A stretch of 64,000 bases of DNA from Bacillota bacterium (lineage in GTDB: Bacteria; Planctomycetota; UBA8108; UBA1146). Position 1 is the stretch's first letter. Each line of letters opens with the position of its first letter. The stretch lies in assembly GCA_003973385.1 (NCBI GenBank), contig QNYK01000090.1, positions 10,345 to 74,344 of the forward strand. Reading direction: 5' to 3'. This document shows, one piece after another, positions 56,187 to 64,000 of this stretch. The notes below the pieces were generated by a model. That model searched no databases. It had not been told where the DNA came from and saw only the letters and a program-made list of their open reading frames with translations. The translations under genes and the position numbers were made by a program.

Positions 56187-56425
56187 CAGGTACTCCTCCC
56201 GGTGGTGATCCAGGGAAGAGTCTGGTGGACCGAGGCGACGCCGGCAACCCTCACAGTGGTGGCCTGGAGAGCAGGTTGCAGGGTGAGCGAGGCGGATGAC
56301 TCTGGCTCGGATGGGCCGGCGGCTGTCTGTGAATGTTCCAGTTCGAGGAAGATCAGCGAGGAATCGCCGCCTTGTCAGCGGATATCGCCTTGTGGGGCAG
56401 CAGCGAGTTCAACTGCCACCGGCGT

Positions 56426-56773
56426 TCATTCGCCGAGGACCTTCGTCGCGGAATCGAGCCTGACGGCCTGGTGTTCTCCCGCGGTCCCTTGCATACCGAG
56501 CAGAAATGCAGCGGTCAGCAAGATGATGAGGATGATCCGCAGGGTATCTGTCGAGATCTCTGGCCCCTGTGCGGGTACCACCTCGGGGAGCGGTGATACA
56601 GTGACAGGGGAGGAGGTTGCGGGGATCGCCTCGGACTGGACCCTGGGGGGAAGTTCGGCAGCCGGGTGGCTCACCACATCGAGCCACTGAGACTCGCCGG
56701 TGTGAGAATCAGTGGATCTGTCGTAAGTAGCCTCAATGGGCTGCTTTGTGTCCTTATCTGGTGGCAGTTGCAC
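56426..56773 (-). CDS. Hypothetical single-pass membrane protein (weak call)
   Basis: 115-aa ORF with one TM helix 'LRIILIILLTAAFLLG'. I recognise no family. It fills a gap that is otherwise empty. Confidence 0.35.
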   Translation of the reverse strand: MQLPPDKDTKQPIEATYDRSTDSHTGESQWLDVVSHPAAELPPRVQSEAIPATSSPVTVSPLPEVVPAQGPEISTDTLRIILIILLTAAFLLGMQGTAGEHQAVRLDSATKVLGE

Positions 56774-56910
56774 GGTCGCCTCCGACGGAATTTCGTTTCT
56801 TCCCCCTTCTTCGGCAGATCTGGCACGAACCTTTAGCCTTTCCTTGCGAGTTCAGGCCTGCCGAAGCACGATGGGGGACCAGGTCAATTCACTCCGGGAG
56901 GAGTTGCGCG

Positions 56911-57921
56911 GTGTCAGATAGCCTTCAGATAGGTCGGGAAGTGATCGAGCAGGAGGCGAAAGCGCTCCAGTCGCTCGCTGCAGGACTCGGGGACGCGTTC
57001 CAGCAGGCGGTCCGACTTCTGGTCGAGGCTCCCGGTCGAGTCCTCGTGTCGGGAGTCGGAAAGAGCGGCAGCATCGCGCAGAAGGTTGCCGGCACCCTGG
57101 CGAGCACCGGGACCCCGGCGCTGTTCCTGCATCCGATCGAAGCCTTGCACGGAGATCTGGGGATCGTTGGCGATGGGGATATCCTGTTGGCGCTTTCCAA
57201 GAGTGGGCAGACCGAGGAACTGGTGAGATTCCTGGGCCACTTCCGCCGCGTTGGAGGTGCCGTCATATGCATCTGTGAAGATGCGAATTCTCCAGCGGCA
57301 CGTCTTTCAGATGTCGTCGTCGAGATTCCTGCGCTGGGAGAGGCGGGCCCGCTGTCGCTGGCTCCCACCACCAGCTCCGTGCTTCAACTGGCGGTAGCCG
57401 ATGCACTCGCCATGAGTTTGCTCGATGCGCGAGGATTCACCGAGGAGCAGTTTGCCAGATTTCATCCAGAGGGCGCCCTGGGTCGAAGATTGCTGGTTCG
57501 CTGCGAAGACCTGCTCCATGAGGGGGATGCGATGCCTCTGGTCGCTGAAGAACAGTCGGTGGCAGATCTACTTGTCGAGATGAGTGGCAAGGGTCTGGGG
57601 ATGGCGTGCGTCGTCGATTCGGATGGCAAATACATCGGTGTCTTCACTGATGGGGATCTGCGCAGATTGTTGACGAGATCGTCATCTCCGGTCGAGTTGC
57701 CGATCTCCGAGGCATGGAAGATGAGTCGACGTGAGCCTCAGGAGGCGGTTCCTGATGGAACCGTGGCAGCCGATTGCCTCGCTGTCGATGCACTGGCGCG
57801 GATGCGGGCGCAGGAGATCACCTGTCTGATGATTCTCAAAAAGGACGGATCACCGAGGGGGGTCGTGAGGCTCGCGGATCTGGTACGCGAGGGGATCGTC
57901 GAGGCTGCCGGAAATTCCTGA
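56911..57921 (+). CDS. kpsF: KpsF/GutQ-family arabinose-5-phosphate isomerase (SIS + 2 CBS)
   Basis: GTG 56911 lies 7 nt after GGGAGGAG. SIS motif 'RVLVSGVGKSGSIAQKVAGTLASTG' and a CBS pair at the C-terminus. The track ORF begins at 56746 and overlaps the divergent ORF. Confidence 0.9.
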   Translation: MSDSLQIGREVIEQEAKALQSLAAGLGDAFQQAVRLLVEAPGRVLVSGVGKSGSIAQKVAGTLASTGTPALFLHPIEALHGDLGIVGDGDILLALSKSGQTEELVRFLGHFRRVGGAVICICEDANSPAARLSDVVVEIPALGEAGPLSLAPTTSSVLQLAVADALAMSLLDARGFTEEQFARFHPEGALGRRLLVRCEDLLHEGDAMPLVAEEQSVADLLVEMSGKGLGMACVVDSDGKYIGVFTDGDLRRLLTRSSSPVELPISEAWKMSRREPQEAVPDGTVAADCLAVDALARMRAQEITCLMILKKDGSPRGVVRLADLVREGIVEAAGNS

Positions 57922-57973
57922 CGGCAGGTCGACCTGGCATTGTCAGCCGCGTGATTCAGCAGTCGAGTGCGTA

Positions 57974-59617
57974 TCAGCCCATGTGAGGATATTCGTGCGC
58001 GGTCGGGGGCATGAAATTTTCCTTCACCGTCCTCGGAGCGACCCATCGCAGCAGATTGAGTGCCGATCCCGCCTTGTCATCGGTACCCGATGCGCGGGCG
58101 CCTCCGAAGGGCTGCTGACCCACGACTGCGCCGGTCGGCTTGTCGTTGATATAAAAATTGCCCGCGCTGTAGCGAAGTCGTTCCGAGATGGCATCCGTGG
58201 CTACCCGATCACTGCAGAAAACCGCACCAGTGAGCGCATACGGGCTGGTGTTGTCGACAAGGTCCAAGCACCTGTCCATCTCTGCATCATCGTAAACAAA
58301 CACGGAGAGGATGGGACCGAAGAGTTCCGTTTCCATCGAGTAGGATCGAGGATCCTCACATTCGATGACCGTCGGTGAGATGTACCAGCCCTGAGAATCG
58401 TCACATTCGCCACCGGCGATGATGTGGCATTGCGGGTCTTCTTTTGCCCCCTCGATCGCCTGCTGCAGACGCTTGTAGGCACCTTCATCGATCACGGCAC
58501 TGACAAAGTTTCTGAAATCTCTGACATCCCCCATCGGCAGCGATCGAGTTGCTTCCACCAGCTGATCTTTCACCTGGGGCCAGATACTTTCAGGAATGTA
58601 CATCCGACTCGCTGCAGAGCACTTCTGTCCCTGGTACTCGAATGCTCCTCGCACCGCTGCGGTGACCAGCGGAGCAACATCCGCGCTAGGGTGTGCGAAG
58701 ATGAAGTCCTTACCGCCGGTCTCACCGACGATTCTCGGGTAGCTGCGATAATTTTCGAGTTGATCACCGATCTGCTTCCAGAGTTGCCGGAAGATCTCGG
58801 TGGATCCCGTGTAATGGAGCCCTGCAAAACTGGGACTCGAAAGTACTGCAGCGGTGATCTCCACCGGATCTCCAGGAACGAAATTGATGACTCCCGGAGG
58901 GAGTCCAGCTGCTTCGAGCATCTTGTAGGCATACCAGTTCGAGAGGATCGATGTCTTCGACGGTTTCCAGAGAGCGGTATTCCCCATCAAGACGGGTGCG
59001 CAGCACAGATTCGCAGCGATGGAAGTGAAATTGAAAGGGGCGATGGCGTACACGAAGCCCTCGAGGGGTCGATAGTCGACATGATTCCAGGTTCCCTGGG
59101 GGTTCTTCAGTGGTTGCTCACGGGGGATCTGGTCGAGTGCGAAGTGATTGTTGAAGCGGAAGAAGTCGATCAACTCGCAGGCGGCATCGATCTCGGCCTG
59201 ATAAACCGTCTTGGATTGTCCCAGCATCGTCGAAGCGTTGAGTTCATCGCGCCATGGACCACGGAGTAATTGCGCGGCTCGCTCCATCACCGCTGAACGA
59301 ACCTGCTGGGGAGCGCTCGACCAGTCGACCCAGGCCTCGTTGGCTGCATCGACCGCCGACTTCACGACCTCGGGGGTGGCACCATGCCATCGCGCCAGCA
59401 CCCTGGAATGATCATGAGGGCAGCGCTGTTCACGGATAATACCCGTGAAGACTTCCTTGCCGCCCACGATGCATGGGATCTCCGGAACATCATTCCACAT
59501 CGATTCGAGCCGCCCCTCGATGGACGCCCTTTCAGAAGATCCGGGTGCGTAATCGAGGATCGGTTCGTTGTCAGGTACTGCAGGACAGAAGATCTGGTTT
59601 CCCATCGGCCTCCTCAT
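57974..59617 (-). CDS. pruA: L-glutamate gamma-semialdehyde (1-pyrroline-5-carboxylate) dehydrogenase
   Basis: Aldehyde dehydrogenase fold with 'ETGGKDF' and the catalytic Cys 'FEYQGQKCSAASR'. An alternative ATG sits at 59605. Confidence 0.92.
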   Translation of the reverse strand: MRRPMGNQIFCPAVPDNEPILDYAPGSSERASIEGRLESMWNDVPEIPCIVGGKEVFTGIIREQRCPHDHSRVLARWHGATPEVVKSAVDAANEAWVDWSSAPQQVRSAVMERAAQLLRGPWRDELNASTMLGQSKTVYQAEIDAACELIDFFRFNNHFALDQIPREQPLKNPQGTWNHVDYRPLEGFVYAIAPFNFTSIAANLCCAPVLMGNTALWKPSKTSILSNWYAYKMLEAAGLPPGVINFVPGDPVEITAAVLSSPSFAGLHYTGSTEIFRQLWKQIGDQLENYRSYPRIVGETGGKDFIFAHPSADVAPLVTAAVRGAFEYQGQKCSAASRMYIPESIWPQVKDQLVEATRSLPMGDVRDFRNFVSAVIDEGAYKRLQQAIEGAKEDPQCHIIAGGECDDSQGWYISPTVIECEDPRSYSMETELFGPILSVFVYDDAEMDRCLDLVDNTSPYALTGAVFCSDRVATDAISERLRYSAGNFYINDKPTGAVVGQQPFGGARASGTDDKAGSALNLLRWVAPRTVKENFMPPTAHEYPHMG

Positions 59618-59786
59618 GGCTCAAGCATGGTTTTGAGTCGAAGCATTAGAACCAGACAGCGATTCCGATGCTACTCTTCGAGGGCTCGGTTTGGTTGCCG
59701 CATCCTCCTCAGATGGCTAGTGTAGGGACTGGTAGCGTGGCCCCCGAAGGGCTACTTCCGTTTCCCTCGGTTCCGGAGGATTAGCA

Positions 59787-62684
59787 ATGTCTGGTTCTGC
59801 AAGTGACCTGCTCGACTCGGGAGATGTGTTCCATCAGCGCCACATCGGACCGAGACCTCAAGACATCGAACAGATGCTATCCGTGGTCGGCGTCAACTCC
59901 ATGGAAGAACTGCTGGAACGGACCGTTCCAGAGGCGATTCGATTCAAGGGAACCCTGAAACTGGACGATGCTGCAACCGAGGGAGAGACGCTCGCGGAAT
60001 TGCATGAACTCGCATCCCGTAACGATCAATTCCGCTCTCACATCGGCAACGGTTATCATGATTGCATCACTCCACCTGTGATTCGGCGCGGGATCCTTGA
60101 GGCCCCCGGCTGGTACACCGCCTATACTCCTTACCAACCAGAGATCAGCCAGGGACGGCTCGAGGCGTTGCTCAATTACCAGACGATGATCTGTGATCTG
60201 ACAGAGATGGAAGTTTCGAACTCTTCGATGCTCGATGAGGGCACGGCAGCTGCAGAAGCGATGACGATGTGTCATCGCATTCAGGATCGAGCTCGCCGTG
60301 ATGAGCCTCTGGACCTGTTTTTCGTGTCTGAGAAGTGCCACCCCCAGACGATCGAGATCGTCAAGCAAAGGGCCGAGCCTCTGGGGATCGAGATCTTTGT
60401 CGGAGATCACGAGGATTTCACCTTTCCCGCGCGTTGCTTTGGTGTGCTGTTGCAGTACCCCGATACCGATGGAAGGGTGCTCGACCTCGAGGGGATCTGT
60501 TGCCGTGCCCACCAGGCAAATGCGCTGGTCGTGGTCGCGGCAGATCCTCTGTCACTGACACTCCTGCGAGCTCCAGGTGCAGCTGGAGCCGATATCGCGG
60601 TGGGCTCGACACAACGCTTCGGACTTCCGATGGGATTCGGAGGACCCCACGCTGCATTCCTGGCGACCCGGGAGAAATTCAAGCGGCAGTTGCCCGGCAG
60701 GCTGGTGGGGGTGTCGCGTGATGCGCACGGTAATGGCGCCCTGAGATTGGCGCTCCAGACCAGGGAGCAACATATCCGCCGCGACAGAGCGACCAGCAAC
60801 ATCTGCACGGCTCAGGTACTGCTGGCAGTTTGTGCGGGGATGTATGCGGTCCATCATGGGCCCAAAGGACTCGTGACCATCGCGAAGCGAGTGCGCCTTC
60901 AGTGTGAAATTCTGGCGAAGGGCCTCGCAGACCTGGGCCATGAGGTCGTCGATGCCATTCGATTTGATACCGTGAAGGTGACGCCTGTTGGTGTTTCAGA
61001 GGAGGAGTTGCGAAACCGCAGCATCGCCGAGCAGCGCAACTTTCGATACTACGGCGACGGTTCGGTCGGAATATCATTCGACGAGACCACCAAGCGAGAG
61101 GACATCCTCTCCGTCTTGCAGGTGTTTGGTGCCGCTGCCGGCTCCGTTGATCTCGATGCGGTGGCAGCCAGTTGTAGTGCGGAGATCCCCGAATCCCTGG
61201 CGAGAAAGAGTGAGTTTCTGACTCACCCTGTATTCCATCGCTATCGTTCAGAGATGGAACTTGTTCGATACATGCATCTGCTTGAAAACAGAGATCTTGC
61301 CCTCAACACCGCCATGATTCCGCTCGGCTCCTGCACCATGAAACTGAATGCTGCAGCGGAGATGTTTCCGATCCTCTACCCGGGCTTCAACCGATTGCAT
61401 CCGTTTGCGCCGAGGGAGCAATCCGCTGGCTACCAGGTATTATTTGATCGCCTGGAGTCCTGGCTGCAGGAGATCACGGGGTTCAGCGCAGTTTCCCTGA
61501 TGCCGAATGCAGGTTCACAGGGTGAGTTTGCCGGCCTGATGGTGATTCGGGAATACCACCTGGCGCGCGGAGACTCTGATCGAAACGTCTGCTTCATTCC
61601 TCAGTCAGCACACGGGACCAATCCTGCAAGCGCGACCATGGCTGGAATGGAAGTGGTCGTCGTCAAGTGTGACGAGGATGGCAACATCTCGATCGATGAC
61701 CTGGAGTCGAAGATCGAAGAGCATGGAGATCGTTGCGCTGCGCTGATGGTGACCTATCCATCCACTCACGGCGTCTTCGAGACCAGCATCTCGAAGGTCT
61801 GTGAGATGATTCACGAAGTTGGAGCTCAGGTATATCTCGACGGAGCGAACATGAATGCGATGGTGGGCCTCTGTCGCCCCGGAGATATCGGTGCCGATGT
61901 TTGTCACCTCAATCTGCACAAGACCTTCTGCATTCCTCATGGAGGTGGTGGACCAGGAATGGGACCCATCTCGGTGGCAGAACACCTGGCTCCATTTCTG
62001 CCAGGTCATCCGGAGCGAAAGACAGGTGGAAAACAGGCGATCGGTCCCATCTCCGCTGCCCCCTTCGGTAGCGCCATGATCTTGCCGATCTCGTATGCCT
62101 ACATACGCATGATGGGCGCAGAGGGGCTGCGGAAGGCCACCGAGGTGGCCATATTGTCGGCAAACTACCTGGCCAGTCGGCTTCAGGATTGCTACCCGGT
62201 GCTGTATCGGGGGGAACATGGCCAGGTTGCCCACGAATGCATCGTCGATACGAGAGTTCTCAAGCAGAGTGCCGGGATCTCTGTCGATGATATTGCAAAG
62301 AGATTGATCGATTATGGCTTCCATGCGCCGACGATGTCCTGGCCGATAGCTGGCACCTTGATGATCGAACCGACAGAGAGTGAGTCGAAAGAAGAGCTGG
62401 ACCGATTCATCGAAGCGATGCTGGGTATCCATGCTGAGGCCAAGGCGGTGGAAGATGGGACCTTCCCTGCCGACAACCATCCACTCTGCAATGCGCCTCA
62501 TACTGCTGCCGCGGTGACATCCTCCGATTGGGACCATCCATACTCGCGAGAGGTGGCTGCCTATCCAGGAGCGAATCAGAAGTCCAACAAGTTCTGGCCA
62601 GCGGTGGCAAGAGTCGACCAGGCATTCGGCGATCGTAATCTGGTTTGTTCGTGTCCTCCGGTGGAGGAATACCTGGAGTCTTGA
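59787..62684 (+). CDS. gcvP: Glycine dehydrogenase (aminomethyl-transferring), single-chain P protein
   Basis: 965 aa. '[27 protein letters not shown]' and the PLP-lysine motif '[16 protein letters not shown]'. Confidence 0.96.
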   Translation: MSGSASDLLDSGDVFHQRHIGPRPQDIEQMLSVVGVNSMEELLERTVPEAIRFKGTLKLDDAATEGETLAELHELASRNDQFRSHIGNGYHDCITPPVIRRGILEAPGWYTAYTPYQPEISQGRLEALLNYQTMICDLTEMEVSNSSMLDEGTAAAEAMTMCHRIQDRARRDEPLDLFFVSEKCHPQTIEIVKQRAEPLGIEIFVGDHEDFTFPARCFGVLLQYPDTDGRVLDLEGICCRAHQANALVVVAADPLSLTLLRAPGAAGADIAVGSTQRFGLPMGFGGPHAAFLATREKFKRQLPGRLVGVSRDAHGNGALRLALQTREQHIRRDRATSNICTAQVLLAVCAGMYAVHHGPKGLVTIAKRVRLQCEILAKGLADLGHEVVDAIRFDTVKVTPVGVSEEELRNRSIAEQRNFRYYGDGSVGISFDETTKREDILSVLQVFGAAAGSVDLDAVAASCSAEIPESLARKSEFLTHPVFHRYRSEMELVRYMHLLENRDLALNTAMIPLGSCTMKLNAAAEMFPILYPGFNRLHPFAPREQSAGYQVLFDRLESWLQEITGFSAVSLMPNAGSQGEFAGLMVIREYHLARGDSDRNVCFIPQSAHGTNPASATMAGMEVVVVKCDEDGNISIDDLESKIEEHGDRCAALMVTYPSTHGVFETSISKVCEMIHEVGAQVYLDGANMNAMVGLCRPGDIGADVCHLNLHKTFCIPHGGGGPGMGPISVAEHLAPFLPGHPERKTGGKQAIGPISAAPFGSAMILPISYAYIRMMGAEGLRKATEVAILSANYLASRLQDCYPVLYRGEHGQVAHECIVDTRVLKQSAGISVDDIAKRLIDYGFHAPTMSWPIAGTLMIEPTESESKEELDRFIEAMLGIHAEAKAVEDGTFPADNHPLCNAPHTAAAVTSSDWDHPYSREVAAYPGANQKSNKFWPAVARVDQAFGDRNLVCSCPPVEEYLES

Positions 62685-62688
62685 TCGG

Positions 62689-63927
62689 TCAGTTGTTGTC
62701 AGTCTCGATCAACGCGTCATGAAGTGCTTTGGCACCCCTGGCGAGGTCCTTCTCCTTGACGACGCAGGTGATGACGAGATTTGAAGAGGAGATCAGATCG
62801 AGGTTGATCTGTTGCTCTGCTAGCACGGAGAAGATCTTTCCTGCGACTCCAGGTTCTCTCTGGATGCCTTCTCCAACGATGTTGAGTAACGCCACATCGT
62901 CATCGACGATCCACGAGGTGCCACCGACCTGATCGACCACCGCCTCCAGGTTGGATTTCTCCATGAGGGTCTCCCCTGAAACGATGAACGTGATGTCGTT
63001 GTGACCTTCATGACTCTGGGCTTGCACGATCAGGCGCACATTGATTCCCTGATCTCCGAGTACGCTGAAGAGCCTGGCAGCGATCCCCGGTTTATCCGGT
63101 ACCGACAGTATCGACACCTTTTGTACATCTCGATCATCGGTGACCGCTCTGACGACAACTTCTTCCATCGATTCAACCTTTCTGACAATCCTGGTACCAG
63201 GGAGTTCTTCCGTCGCCGAGGCGACCACGAGCGGCACCCGGAAACGGCGTGCGAGTTCCACGCAGCGGCCGTGCAGTACCTTGGCACCCAGATTGGCCAT
63301 CTCGAGCATCTCATCATAACTGAGTGTAGAAATTTGCTTCGCACTGGACACCAGCCGAGGGTCGGCGGTGAACACGCCGGCCACATCGGTAAGAATTTCG
63401 CAGCGCTCCGCTTCCAGAGCTGCTGCCATGGCAACTGCACTGGTATCGGATCCGCCTCTTCCCAGTGTCGTGATCTCCAGTTGTTCGTCGGTACCCTGGA
63501 ATCCAGCCAGCACCACGACATGGTCGTCATGGAGAGACTCGACCACTCGCGCAGGATCGATGCGTAGAATTCTCGCATCTGCATGGCGGTCATCGGTCAG
63601 GATGCCGCCTTGCTGACCGGTCAACGAGATCGCCGGTACACCCAGTTCTGTCAGGGCCATGGAGAGCAGAGCCATCGACTGGACCTCGCCTGCGGAGAGC
63701 AGCACATCCATCTCCCTGCGGGAGGGATTGCTGGAAACCTCGCGGGCCAGCGAACTGAGTTGATCGGTGGTGTCACCCATGGCGGACACGACGCACACGA
63801 CGTGCTTCTGTTCTGACCGACAGCGAGCTATCCGCTGGGCCGCATTCCTGATCAGGTTCGGGGACGCAATGCTGGTGCCCCCGAATTTCAGAACCACGAC
63901 GGGTTTGTTCAGTTCGGAGGGGGTCAT
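62689..63927 (-). CDS. lysC: Aspartate kinase with C-terminal ACT domains
   Basis: 'VVLKFGGTSI...VVSAMGDTTD...TTLGRGGSDTSAVAMAAAL...ILTDVAGVFTADPR'. The RBS GGAGGA lies upstream. Confidence 0.95.
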   Translation of the reverse strand: MTPSELNKPVVVLKFGGTSIASPNLIRNAAQRIARCRSEQKHVVCVVSAMGDTTDQLSSLAREVSSNPSRREMDVLLSAGEVQSMALLSMALTELGVPAISLTGQQGGILTDDRHADARILRIDPARVVESLHDDHVVVLAGFQGTDEQLEITTLGRGGSDTSAVAMAAALEAERCEILTDVAGVFTADPRLVSSAKQISTLSYDEMLEMANLGAKVLHGRCVELARRFRVPLVVASATEELPGTRIVRKVESMEEVVVRAVTDDRDVQKVSILSVPDKPGIAARLFSVLGDQGINVRLIVQAQSHEGHNDITFIVSGETLMEKSNLEAVVDQVGGTSWIVDDDVALLNIVGEGIQREPGVAGKIFSVLAEQQINLDLISSSNLVITCVVKEKDLARGAKALHDALIETDNN

Positions 63928-64000
63928 TGCATTTCCTCCACCCGAAGTCCAAGCGGATCGATTTCGAGGATCTGTACCCGACAGGGAACCCCGGCATCCT
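63924..64000 (-). CDS. 3' end of an unidentified upstream gene (partial, runs off the window)
   Basis: An open frame reads '...DAGVPCRVQILEIDPLGLRVEEMQ*'. Its TGA overlaps the lysC ATG (ATGA). It is too short to assign. Confidence 0.35.
   Translation of the reverse strand, partial: DAGVPCRVQILEIDPLGLRVEEMQ

Noticed and set aside
59618-59786. Possible glycine riboswitch upstream of gcvP (contains CCCCCGAAGGGCTAC, reminiscent of the CACCGAAGGGGCAA core).
   Set aside because: I could not find the accompanying GGAGAG / CTCAGGCAAAAGGAC-type elements or a P1 pairing. The match is a single short hairpin (GTAGC...GCTAC). An Infernal scan with RF00504 would be needed, and I would not call it from the sequence alone.
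1-64000. Mobile elements, prophage, defence islands, CRISPR arrays, rRNA and tRNA genes.
   Set aside because: I saw no transposase, integrase, recombinase, Cas, restriction-enzyme or toxin-antitoxin-like translation, no terminal inverted repeats, and no tRNA-like T-arm (GGTTCGAATCC-type) in any spacer. Apart from 38.5-46.5 kb and the cohesin gene, the window looks like core chromosome.

Overview
Gene-dense, visibly GC-rich chromosomal segment (GC not computed) with about 50 protein-coding genes. Most are separated by less than 100 bp or joined by ATGA/TGATG stop-start overlaps. I found no rRNA, tRNA, CRISPR array, transposase or integrase. The gene content points to a PVC-superphylum, Planctomycetota-like genome: a PSCyt/DUF1549-DUF1553 giant protein paired with a DUF1501 protein, a planctomycete-style double-EF-hand dockerin tail, and tandem GspE ATPases plus GspF with no pilins nearby. 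Most of the window is housekeeping. This includes Leu-type dehydrogenase, rnpA-yidD, a fused radical-SAM protein, rnr-rnhA, and PPIase chaperones. A long minus-strand cluster runs lpdA, E1beta, E2, lipB, lipA, tsaC/LMW-PTP, rpiB. Also present are a fused E1 alpha/beta gene, ftsH, a FadN-like gene, ggt, asparaginase, kpsF, pruA, gcvP and lysC. The least ordinary block is 38.5-46.5 kb. It holds a truncated pseudokinase-TPR membrane protein and a small Arg/Cys-rich secreted protein. It also holds a 0.9-kb stretch I cannot assign, which contains a C9 tract. Next come a 1451-aa STAND-ATPase/TPR/GAF/degenerate-GGDEF/Fis-HTH protein and, convergent with it, a monocistronic 63-aa bacterial histone-fold gene. 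Other points are a methyltransferase gene broken by a perfect 17-bp tandem duplication, an orphan E1beta subunit, a TsaC-YwlE-like fusion, MshEN-like N-termini on both GspE ATPases, an 18-bp x3 tandem repeat upstream of that cluster, and a three-cohesin-plus-dockerin secreted protein. All family assignments come from reading motifs in the supplied translations. No database search was run.
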